Assembly: GCA_913778765.1 (NCBI GenBank)
Contig: CAJYXO010000071.1
Location: forward strand, 2,148-66,147
Origin: an uncultured Massilia sp.
GTDB taxonomy: Bacteria > Pseudomonadota > Gammaproteobacteria > Burkholderiales > Burkholderiaceae_D
Length of the DNA stretch: 64,000 bases
Direction of reading: 5' to 3'
The position numbers and the translations under genes are program-made. Positions 25,376 through 36,566 of this stretch are shown here, in pieces. Positions within the stretch are counted from its first letter, which is position 1. Each line of letters starts with the position of its first letter. Below the pieces are notes generated by a model that saw nothing but the letters and a program-made list of their open reading frames with translations, did no database searches and was not told the origin of the DNA.

Positions 25376-27037
25376 TCAGTCCAGCGCGATCAGCGCCACC
25401 GGCGCCGCCAGCGCGAACGTCACCTTCCCGCCCGCCACCACGGCGCTCTTGCCGGTGTACCAGTCGCGCACGGTCTGGCCGTCGGCGAACACGCCGGCCA
25501 CCGTGATCGCCACCGCGCGGTCCCGCGGCAGGTCGAGCGCGACCACCACGCGATCGCTCACGCCGTTCTTTTCATACGTGCGCTTGAAGGTGTAGGGGCT
25601 GGCCGACAGCATCTGGTGCACGCCCGCGCCCACCGCCGGATGGGCGTGGCGGAAGCGGCCCAGGCGCGCCCAGTGGTCGCGCACGTCGGCCGCGCCGAAC
25701 AGGCCGATCTTGCTGTTGTTCTTGAGCTGGTCCCAGTTCATGAAGGAGCGCAGGTTGGCGTCGCCTTCCGCGCCCTCGATCTTCAGCACGCGCGCGGTCT
25801 CGTCGCCGTAGTAGACCTGGGCCTGGCCCGGCGCCAGCAGCAGTTTATTTGCCGATTCGATCGGATGCTGGCGCAGCGCGTCGAAGGGGTGGCCGTCGTC
25901 GTGCGAGTCCAGGTAGTTCAGCACCGAATGACCCTTCAGCGGGCCGTTCAGCGCTGCCGAGTAGGACGAGAACAGCTGTTCGTAGCTCTGGCTTGCGTCG
26001 CCCGCCATGCTGAAGTTGATCATGCTGTCGAAGCCGTTGGCGTAATAATCGGCCTTGGCGCCGCCGTCGTAGGTGAACTCGCGGCCGGCTTTCACCGAAT
26101 AGCCGTAGGTCTCGGCGGTCATGAAGAACGGCAGGTCGCCGAGCTTCTTGTCCGGATGGGCCTTCTTCCAGTCCTCGTAGGCCTGGCTGGCGACCTTCTT
26201 GAGGTCCTTCCACACGCCCGGCTCGGTGTGCTTGACGGTGTCGGCGCGGAAGCCGTCGAAGCCGTACTTGCGGACCCAGTCGGCATGCCATTTCATCAGG
26301 TAGTAGCGCGGCGCGCGCGGGTAGCCGGTGCGCTTGAAGAAGTCGTTCAGTTCCGCGGTCTCTCGCTCGTAGCGCCCTTCCTTCTTCCACTTTGCCACGA
26401 TGGCCGGCGGCACCTCGACCTTCTCGTTGCTGTCGGTGCGGAAGTCGGGCAGGTTCTTCACCAGCGTGCACTCGACCGTGGTCTTCATGTCCTTGTACGT
26501 GCAGGTGGGCGAGGTGCGCACCCATTCGGCCGGCCATGCCGGGTCTTGCGCGGTGACCGGGCCGGTATGGTTCATCACCACGTCCAGCAGCACGCGCAAG
26601 CCCCGCGCGTGGGCGGCGTCGACCAGTTCGTGCATGTCCTTCTCGGTGCCGAGGTTCGCGTCGATGCTGGTGAAGTCGCGCGCCCAGTAGCCGTGGAAGC
26701 CGTAGGACTTGCCGGTGCCTTCGTCGGTCGAGCCGTGGATCTGCTCGACCGGCGGCGTGATCCAGATCGCGTCCACGCCCAGGTCGTCGAAGTACCCTTC
26801 CTTGATTTTCTGCGTGACCCCGGCCAAATCGCCGCCCATGAAGCCGCGCGCCGTTGCGGCATCGTTCTTGCGGCCGTAGGCGTGGTCGTTGGCCGGGTTG
26901 CCGTTGTTGAAGCGGTCCGTCAACAGGAAGTAGACGGTCGCGTTCTCCCAGGTGAAGGGTTTGCCTTGTGGCGCCGGCGCTGCGGAAGCGGAACCGAAAG
27001 CAAGCATCAGGGAAACGGCAAGGGCAGACAATTTCAT
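25376..27037 (-). CDS. Periplasmic GH13 alpha-amylase
   Basis: Start at MKLSALAVSLMLAFGSASA (signal peptide); the track ORF's N-terminal extension is REP-derived. GH13 regions: RVLLDVVMNHT (I), GFDGFRADTVKH (II), MTAETYG (III), LNYLDSHDD (IV). Confidence 0.85.
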   Translation of the reverse strand: MKLSALAVSLMLAFGSASAAPAPQGKPFTWENATVYFLLTDRFNNGNPANDHAYGRKNDAATARGFMGGDLAGVTQKIKEGYFDDLGVDAIWITPPVEQIHGSTDEGTGKSYGFHGYWARDFTSIDANLGTEKDMHELVDAAHARGLRVLLDVVMNHTGPVTAQDPAWPAEWVRTSPTCTYKDMKTTVECTLVKNLPDFRTDSNEKVEVPPAIVAKWKKEGRYERETAELNDFFKRTGYPRAPRYYLMKWHADWVRKYGFDGFRADTVKHTEPGVWKDLKKVASQAYEDWKKAHPDKKLGDLPFFMTAETYGYSVKAGREFTYDGGAKADYYANGFDSMINFSMAGDASQSYEQLFSSYSAALNGPLKGHSVLNYLDSHDDGHPFDALRQHPIESANKLLLAPGQAQVYYGDETARVLKIEGAEGDANLRSFMNWDQLKNNSKIGLFGAADVRDHWARLGRFRHAHPAVGAGVHQMLSASPYTFKRTYEKNGVSDRVVVALDLPRDRAVAITVAGVFADGQTVRDWYTGKSAVVAGGKVTFALAAPVALIALD

Positions 27038-27061
27038 GCGGGGTCCTTTAGGTGAGTTACG

Positions 27062-27130
27062 GCGTCCCCGCCTGCGCGGGGACGACGGAGAGGTGCGCGG
27101 GGAAGACGAAGAGGTGCGCCGGGATGACGG
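27062..27130. repeat. Degenerate REP-related element with three tandem half-modules
   Basis: GCGTCCCCGCCTGCGCGGGGACGAC hairpin followed by two ~21-bp direct copies (GGTGCGCGGGGAAGACGAAGA / GGTGCGCCGGGATGACGGATC). Fills the gap between the pgm stop and the amylase start. Confidence 0.55.
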
Positions 27131-27131
27131 A

Positions 27132-28827
<1,696 letters not shown>

Positions 28828-28845
28828 GCGAAATGGTGGCGCAGC

Positions 28846-30180
28846 TTAGTTGACCGTGACTTTCCCGGCCCTGTCGGTCACGAACAGCGTCAATACGGCC
28901 GCCAGCACCATGCAGGCGCCGCCCAGCGCCAGCGTCAGCGCGGTGTGGCCGCCGAAGAAGTGCTTGGTGAAGAAGCCGAGCAGGAGGCCGCTGACGATCT
29001 GCGGGATCACGACGAAGAAGTTGAAGAGGCCCATGTAGTAGCCCATGCGGTTCGCCGGCAGCGCGCCGGCCAGGATCGCATACGGCATGGTCAGGATGCT
29101 GGCCCAGGCGATGCCGACGCCGATCATCGGCAGCATCAGCGCCTGCTTGTCGTGGATGAAGAAGATGCTGGCCAGGCTCACGCCGCCGATGGCGAGGCAG
29201 ATCGTGTGGCAGGCCTTGCGGCTGGTGGCGCGCGCCAGGATCGGCAGCAGGAAGGCCGCCAGCGCCGAGACGCCGTTATACACCGCGAACATCACGCCGA
29301 CGTAGTTGCCGGCTTCCTGGTAGGCGGCGGATTGGGCGTCGACGGTGCCGTAGACGTTGTCGGCGATCGCGGTGCCGGTGTAGATCCACATCGCGAACAG
29401 CGCGATCCAGGTGAAGAACTGGACGAAGGCCAGTTGCACCATGGTCTTCGGCATGTGGCCGAAGCCGCCGACGATCTCGCGCAGCGCCACGCCGAAGCTG
29501 CGCGCATGCTTGCGCTGTTCCTGGAAGCGGTCCATGTCGGGCGGCGGCAGTTCGGTGGCGGTGAACACGGTCCAGCTGACGGCGGCCAGGAACACGGCGC
29601 CGCCGACGTAGAACGAGTACTTGACCGTATCCGGAATCGCGCCGCCCACCGGCACGTTGGAGACGCCGTAGTGCGCGAAGATCTGCGGCAGCAGCGAGGC
29701 GATCACCGCGCCGCAGCCGATGAAGAAGGTCTGCATCGCGAAGCCGGCGGTCTGCTGCGAGGTGTCGAGCTTGTCGCCCACGAAAGCGCGGAACGGCTCC
29801 ATCGACACGTTGATCGCGGCATCCATCATCCACAGCACGGCCACCGCCATCCAGACGGCGGCGGAATTCGGCATCAGGAACAGGGCCAGCGAGGCGAGGA
29901 TGGCGCCGAGGAAGAAGAAAGGACGGCGGCGGCCCCAGGTCGGGTGCCAGGTATTGTCGCTGAGGTAGCCGATCACCGGCTGCACCAGCAGGCCCGTGAC
30001 GGGCGCGGCGAGCCAGAACAGGGGCAGATCGTCCGGCGACGCACCGAGGGTCGAGAAGATCCGGCTGGTGTTGGCGTTCTGCAGAGCGAAGCCGAACTGG
30101 ATGCCGAAGAAGCCGAAGCTCATGTTCCACAGCTGCCAGAACGACAGGCGCGGCTTGAGCGCGTGAGTTTGCATTTCCAT
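28846..30180 (-). CDS. GPH/SLC45-type MFS sugar:cation symporter (probable maltose/maltodextrin importer by context)
   Basis: Start chosen at MEMQTHALKPRLSFWQLW (30180; alternative 30174; track ORF to 30300). WGRRRPFFFLGA (RxGRR motif of sucrose/GPH-type carriers). 12-TM-like hydropathy. Confidence 0.75.
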   Translation of the reverse strand: MEMQTHALKPRLSFWQLWNMSFGFFGIQFGFALQNANTSRIFSTLGASPDDLPLFWLAAPVTGLLVQPVIGYLSDNTWHPTWGRRRPFFFLGAILASLALFLMPNSAAVWMAVAVLWMMDAAINVSMEPFRAFVGDKLDTSQQTAGFAMQTFFIGCGAVIASLLPQIFAHYGVSNVPVGGAIPDTVKYSFYVGGAVFLAAVSWTVFTATELPPPDMDRFQEQRKHARSFGVALREIVGGFGHMPKTMVQLAFVQFFTWIALFAMWIYTGTAIADNVYGTVDAQSAAYQEAGNYVGVMFAVYNGVSALAAFLLPILARATSRKACHTICLAIGGVSLASIFFIHDKQALMLPMIGVGIAWASILTMPYAILAGALPANRMGYYMGLFNFFVVIPQIVSGLLLGFFTKHFFGGHTALTLALGGACMVLAAVLTLFVTDRAGKVTVN

Positions 30181-30291
30181 CCTAGTGTCCCCTAACGGTG
30201 CCTGGACTGGCGCCAGACTACCTCCATGTAGCAAAGTAACATGGAGATTGTTGAGTGTCAATCCAGCCAATGCCTGAGATGACGGGGAAAA

Positions 30292-30306
30292 TGTAGTCAA
30301 ACAACA
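30292..30306. promoter_or_regulatory. Candidate HexR/RpiR-type operator upstream of the MFS-pgm operon
   Basis: TGTAGT-CAA-ACAACA, one mismatch from TGTAGT-N3-ACTACA. Shares the 10-nt core GTAGTCAAAC with the site at 6031..6048. Lies 112 nt upstream of the chosen MFS start. Confidence 0.35.
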
Positions 30307-30317
30307 GACTTATCAAC

Positions 30318-30415
30318 GTCATTCCCGCGGAGGCGGGAATCCAAGTTCGTTGCGAGCCGCCGGCTCTGTTATGGCTGCTCACGCAAACTTGGGTCCTCGC
30401 CTCCGCGGGGACGAC
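30318..30415. repeat. Bipartite REP/MITE-like element, copy 3
   Basis: GTCATTCCCGCGGAGGCGGGAATCCAAGTT (30318..30347), 38-bp spacer, AACTTGGGTCCTCGCCTCCGCGGGGACGAC (30386..30415). Lies immediately 3' of deaD. Confidence 0.8.
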
Positions 30416-30423
30416 GGGTTGAC

Positions 30424-32229
<1,806 letters not shown>

Positions 32230-32345
32230 GAAAGAAATTCTCTTTAAAATTTTGAGCCAATCCTACAGTTTACTCGTTCGCGGGCTCGGGGGTCCGATTA
32301 TTTGCTGCTGCGCCGCCGGAAAACGACGCTGCTACACTGCCGTTC

Positions 32346-33242
32346 ATGTCCCGTCCCGATTTCAACCACCTGCAAGCCTTCATCCTGGTCGCCCGCGAAC
32401 GCAGCTTCACGCGCGCCGCCGCCCAGCTGGGCGTATCGCAATCGGCGCTCAGCCACACGATCCGCGGACTCGAAGAAAAACTGGGGGTGCGCCTGCTGAC
32501 GCGCACCACGCGCGGCGTCTCTCCCACCGAAGCCGGCGAAAAGCTGTATGCCTCGCTGGAGCCGCTCTTTGATGGCATCGAGGCCGGGCTGTCGGCATTG
32601 GGCGAATCGCGCGGCAGGCCGGCCGGCACGATCCGCATCACGACCCATGACCATGCGGCGACGACGATCCTGTGGCCGAAGCTGTCGAAGGTGCTGGCGG
32701 CCTACCCCGACATCAAGGTCGAAATCGGCATCCACTACGGCCTGATCGACATCGTCGCCGAGCGCTTCGATGCCGGCGTGCGCACCGGGGACCAGGTGGC
32801 AAAGGACATGATCGCGGTGCGCATTTCGCCGGACATGCGGCGCGCCGTGGTCGGCAGCCCGGCTTACCTGGCAAACCGGCCGCCGCCGGCAACGCCGCAG
32901 GACCTGGTGCGCCACAACTGCATCAACCTGCGCCTGGCGACCCACGGCGGGCTGGCGCCCTGGGAGTTCGTCAAGGACGGCAAGGCGCTGCAGGTGCAGG
33001 TGGAGGGCCAGGCCATCTTCAACACCACGCCGCAGAAACTGCAGGCGGCGCTGGACGGCGCCGGGCTGGCCACCCTGCCCGACGACATGGTGGCGGAGCA
33101 CGTCGCGGCCGGCCGCCTGGTGCGGGTGCTGGACGACTGGTGCCCCACCTACCCCGGCTACCACCTTTATTATCCGAGCCGGCGCCAGGCATCGCCGGCG
33201 TTTGCGCTGGTGGTCGAGACGCTGCGTTATCGATCCGATTGA
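32346..33242 (+). CDS. LysR-family transcriptional regulator
   Basis: 298 aa. N-terminal HTH FNHLQAFILVARERSFTRAAAQLGVSQSALSHTIRGLEEKLGVRLL. Divergent from deaD and upstream of the cupin/CMD cluster. Confidence 0.88.
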   Translation: MSRPDFNHLQAFILVARERSFTRAAAQLGVSQSALSHTIRGLEEKLGVRLLTRTTRGVSPTEAGEKLYASLEPLFDGIEAGLSALGESRGRPAGTIRITTHDHAATTILWPKLSKVLAAYPDIKVEIGIHYGLIDIVAERFDAGVRTGDQVAKDMIAVRISPDMRRAVVGSPAYLANRPPPATPQDLVRHNCINLRLATHGGLAPWEFVKDGKALQVQVEGQAIFNTTPQKLQAALDGAGLATLPDDMVAEHVAAGRLVRVLDDWCPTYPGYHLYYPSRRQASPAFALVVETLRYRSD

Positions 33243-33333
33243 TGAAATCTGCTCATATCGGCATTGAATAAACAGCTGCTACTCTCATGAGGCGATGCTG
33301 GCTATAGTGGCCTTTTCAGCCAGGAGCCGTCTC

Positions 33334-33810
33334 ATGATGCGTTCTTTCACCGCCGGCGTTTGCGCCTTGCTGTTCGCCGGCCCTTCGTTCGCGGAGACTG
33401 CGAACGCGCCCGACATGACCATCGCCCGCGCCGGCAGCCAGGCCTCCGCCAATGGCCCGGCCCGGAACTTCAGCGGCGCCGTGCGCGTCGATCCGCTGTT
33501 CGCGCCGCATGCGCCGTCCGCTGCATCGGGCGCCTACGTCACCTTCGAACCGGGCGCGCGCTCGGCCTGGCACACGCATCCGGCAGGACAGGTATTGATC
33601 GTCACCGCCGGCGTCGGCCGCGTGCAGCGCTGGGGTGGGCCGGTCCAGGAGATCCGGCCCGGCGACGTGGTCTGGACCCCGCCCGGCGTCAAGCACTGGC
33701 ACGGCGCCGCACCGACGACCGCCCTCACGCACCTTGCGATCACGGACACCGTGGGCGGCAAGAACGTCGAATGGATGGAGAAGGTCAGCGATGAACAATA
33801 CGGTAAATAA
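33334..33810 (+). CDS. Exported cupin-domain protein
   Basis: AGGAG lies 7 nt upstream of the ATG at 33334. Signal peptide [20 protein letters not shown]. Cupin core [16 protein letters not shown]...[10 protein letters not shown]. Confidence 0.7.
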   Translation: MMRSFTAGVCALLFAGPSFAETANAPDMTIARAGSQASANGPARNFSGAVRVDPLFAPHAPSAASGAYVTFEPGARSAWHTHPAGQVLIVTAGVGRVQRWGGPVQEIRPGDVVWTPPGVKHWHGAAPTTALTHLAITDTVGGKNVEWMEKVSDEQYGK

Positions 33811-34546
33811 GATCGCGTTGGTCACCCTGATTTTCTGTACTGGCGTGCAGGCCGCGCCACTCAAGAAGGAGAAACCGAAGATGACACCCGCACTCGAACA
33901 CTACACGCAGGACCTGGTGCTCGGCGACCTGTGGCAGCGCCCCGGCCTGTCGCCGCGCGACCGCAGCATCGTCACCCTGTCGGTGCTGGTCGCGAAAAAC
34001 CAGAACCACGACCTGCCCTTCTACCTGAACCGGGCGCTGGACAGCGGCCTCAAGCCGGGCGAGATCGCCGAGCTCATTACCCACCTCGCCTTCTACTCGG
34101 ACTGGGCCAACGCCACCGCCGCCGATGCCGCGGCGCGCGCCGTGTTCGCCGAACGGAAGATCGATATGGCGCAGCTGCCGCCGGCAAAACCTCCCCCGCT
34201 GCCGCTGGACGAAAAAAAGGAAGCCGCGCGCGCCAAGGGCGTCGACGAGAACTTCGGCAAGACCGCGCCGGGCGTCGTCAAGTACACCACCGATGCGTTG
34301 TTCCGCGACCTCTGGCTGCGCCCCGGCCTGGCGCCGCGCGACCGCAGCCTGGTCACCGTCAGCGCGCTGGTGGCGAACGGCCAGGTCGCGCAAGTCACCT
34401 ACCACCTCAACCGCGCCATGGACAATGGCCTGACCGAAGCACAGGCCTCCGAAGCGCTGACCCAGCTCGCCTTCTACGCCGGCTGGCCGAACGTGTTCTC
34501 GGCCATGCCGGTCTTCAAGGACGTCTTCGCACAACGAAAGGAATAG
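33791..34546 (+). CDS. Exported carboxymuconolactone decarboxylase (CMD/AhpD-like) family protein, tandem CMD domains
   Basis: Signal peptide [21 protein letters not shown]. Two repeats of the pattern DLWxRPGLxPRDRSxVTxSxLVA...E..E..THLAFYxGWxN. Overlaps the upstream cupin gene by 20 nt. Confidence 0.75.
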   Translation: MNNTVNKIALVTLIFCTGVQAAPLKKEKPKMTPALEHYTQDLVLGDLWQRPGLSPRDRSIVTLSVLVAKNQNHDLPFYLNRALDSGLKPGEIAELITHLAFYSDWANATAADAAARAVFAERKIDMAQLPPAKPPPLPLDEKKEAARAKGVDENFGKTAPGVVKYTTDALFRDLWLRPGLAPRDRSLVTVSALVANGQVAQVTYHLNRAMDNGLTEAQASEALTQLAFYAGWPNVFSAMPVFKDVFAQRKE

Positions 34547-34548
34547 AC

Positions 34549-34965
34549 ATGCAACTCAAACGCGTGGGCTCCCAGCCCTCATCGAAGGGCCCCGAGGAAT
34601 ACTTCACGGGCACGGTGCGGATCGATCCGCTCAACAGCGCACCCGCGCCCTCGCGCGTGTCCTGCGCCAGCGTGACTTTCGAGCCGGGCGCACGCTCGGC
34701 CTGGCACACGCATCCGCTCGGCCAGACGCTGGTGGTGACGGCCGGCTGCGGCTGGACCCAGTGCGAAGGTGAAGCCATCGTCGAGATCCGCGCCGGCGAC
34801 ATGGTCTGGTGCCCGCCCGGCCACAAGCACTGGCACGGCGCGTCGCCGACCACGTCGATGACCCACATCGCCATCCAGGAAGCGCTGGACGGCGTGAACG
34901 TGGTATGGATGGAGAAGGTCAGCGACGAGCAGTACCTGGCCGGGCCGCCCGTCGCCGGCCGTTAA
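34549..34965 (+). CDS. Cytoplasmic cupin-domain protein, paralog of 33334..33810
   Basis: 138 aa, no signal peptide. [16 protein letters not shown]...[10 protein letters not shown]...[10 protein letters not shown] shared with the upstream cupin. Starts 2 nt after the CMD stop. Confidence 0.75.
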   Translation: MQLKRVGSQPSSKGPEEYFTGTVRIDPLNSAPAPSRVSCASVTFEPGARSAWHTHPLGQTLVVTAGCGWTQCEGEAIVEIRAGDMVWCPPGHKHWHGASPTTSMTHIAIQEALDGVNVVWMEKVSDEQYLAGPPVAGR

Positions 34966-34969
34966 GACC

Positions 34970-36481
34970 TCACATCTTCTTCGCGGCGCACATCTTCGCG
35001 ATGTACTCGTCGTGCGAAGGCATCACGCCGACGCACTTGGCGATCACGCCGCGCACACTGTCGAGGTAATCGGCGATGTCTTCCTCGGACTGCGCGTCGA
35101 CCAGCGGGTGGTAGCCGTCTACGGGCATGTTCTGCCCTTCGAACACCTGGATCCAGCCGACTTCCGCGAACAGCTCGTTATCCCAACGGACCACGCGGCC
35201 GTGGGCGCGGTACAGGTCCATCTTCTGGCGCAGCGTCTCCGGAATGGCCATGTTGGCGCACTCCAGCCAGTAGGGCGAATCGGTGCGCTGGTTCAGGTGG
35301 TAGTGCAGGACGATGAAGTCGCGGATGCGCTCGTACTCGAAGCGCGACTGGCGGTTGAATTCGTCGCGGTCGGCCTGGCGCCAGCCGCGGTCCGGGAAGA
35401 AGTCGATCAGGCGCTGGATCGTCGACTGGATCAGGTGGATGCTGGTCGATTCGATCGGCTCCATGAAGCCGCTAGCCAGGCCGATCGCCACCACGTTGCG
35501 GTTCCAGGACAGCTTGCGCATGCCGGTCTGGAACTTGATCAGGCGCGGGTCCGCCAGCGCCTTGCCGTCCAGGTTGGCGAGCAGGGTGCTGGCCGCCTCG
35601 TCGTCGCTGATGAAACGGCTGCAGTACACGTGGCCGTTGCCGGTGCGGTGCTGCAGCGGGATGCGCCACTGCCAGCCCGATTTGTGCGCGGTCGCGCGCG
35701 TGTATGGCGTCATGGCCGGCGCGGATTCGCAGGGCACGGCCAGCGCACGGTCGGCCGGCAGCCAGCGGGTCCAGTCCTCGTATCCGGTCTGCAGCGCCTG
35801 TTCGATCAGCAGGCCGCGGAAGCCCGAGCAGTCGATGAACAGTTCCCCTTCGACGCGCGTGCCGTTTTCCAGCTCCACCGCGTCGATGTGGCCGTCCGGC
35901 TCGCGCTGCGTGGCGCGCAGAATCTTGCCTTCGATGCGGACCACGCCGCGCGCTTCCGCCAGTTTGCGCAGGTATTTCGCGTACAGGCCGGCGTCGAAGT
36001 GATAGGCATACGCGATGTCGCCGAGCGGCGAATTCGGTACGTCGTGGCGCGCCGGCATGAATTTGTTCGCCTTCGCCGCCATCCGCGTGATCGAGTACTC
36101 CTCGATCGGCGCGGCCTTGCCGAGCGCGCGCATCTTCTGCCAGTACTGGTGGAAGGACACCGTGGCCAGGTCCTGGCCGATGCGCCCGAAGCCGTGCATG
36201 TAGCGGTCGCCCAGCCGGCCCCAGTTGACGAATTCCACGCCCAGCTTGAAGCTGCCCATGGTCTCGCGCATGAATTCGTTCTCGTCGATGCCGAGCACGC
36301 GGTTGAAGCGCTGGATCATCGGGATGGTGGCTTCGCCGACGCCGACGATCCCGATCTCGTCCGATTCGACGAGGCGGATGTTGAAGCGGCCGTTGAGGAC
36401 GGTGGACAGTGCCGCCGCGGTCATCCAGCCGGCGGTGCCGCCGCCGACGATGACGATGTCCTTGATTGGTTCGTTCTGCAT
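34970..36481 (-). CDS. Flavin-dependent tryptophan-halogenase-family protein (TBDR-associated type)
   Basis: Start at MQNEPIKDIVIVGGGTAGW (GxGxxG). WxWxIP motif present (GWQWRIPL). About 500 aa, collinear with the Trp_halogenase family. Lies directly downstream of a TonB-dependent receptor. Confidence 0.8.
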   Translation of the reverse strand: MQNEPIKDIVIVGGGTAGWMTAAALSTVLNGRFNIRLVESDEIGIVGVGEATIPMIQRFNRVLGIDENEFMRETMGSFKLGVEFVNWGRLGDRYMHGFGRIGQDLATVSFHQYWQKMRALGKAAPIEEYSITRMAAKANKFMPARHDVPNSPLGDIAYAYHFDAGLYAKYLRKLAEARGVVRIEGKILRATQREPDGHIDAVELENGTRVEGELFIDCSGFRGLLIEQALQTGYEDWTRWLPADRALAVPCESAPAMTPYTRATAHKSGWQWRIPLQHRTGNGHVYCSRFISDDEAASTLLANLDGKALADPRLIKFQTGMRKLSWNRNVVAIGLASGFMEPIESTSIHLIQSTIQRLIDFFPDRGWRQADRDEFNRQSRFEYERIRDFIVLHYHLNQRTDSPYWLECANMAIPETLRQKMDLYRAHGRVVRWDNELFAEVGWIQVFEGQNMPVDGYHPLVDAQSEEDIADYLDSVRGVIAKCVGVMPSHDEYIAKMCAAKKM

Positions 36482-36500
36482 GTGTATTCGCCCGAAGGTC

Positions 36501-36543
36501 AAAAAAACGACCCCTGGCAGGCGGAAGCCCGGCAGGGGTCGTT
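36501..36543 (-). terminator. Rho-independent terminator after the TonB-dependent receptor gene
   Basis: On the minus strand: AACGACCCCTG-(16-nt loop)-CAGGGGTCGTT followed by TTTTT. An 11-bp perfect stem (36506..36516 / 36533..36543) with an A7 run on the plus strand at 36501..36507. Sits 24 nt past the TBDR stop. Confidence 0.7.
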
Positions 36544-36566
36544 ACTGTACCGCAGTTCAGCGCAGC

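Noticed and set aside
34970-36481. Halogenase gene as a marker of a halogenated natural-product biosynthetic cluster
   Set aside because: No NRPS/PKS, carrier protein, flavin reductase, tailoring or resistance genes are adjacent. The context is a carbohydrate-uptake locus.
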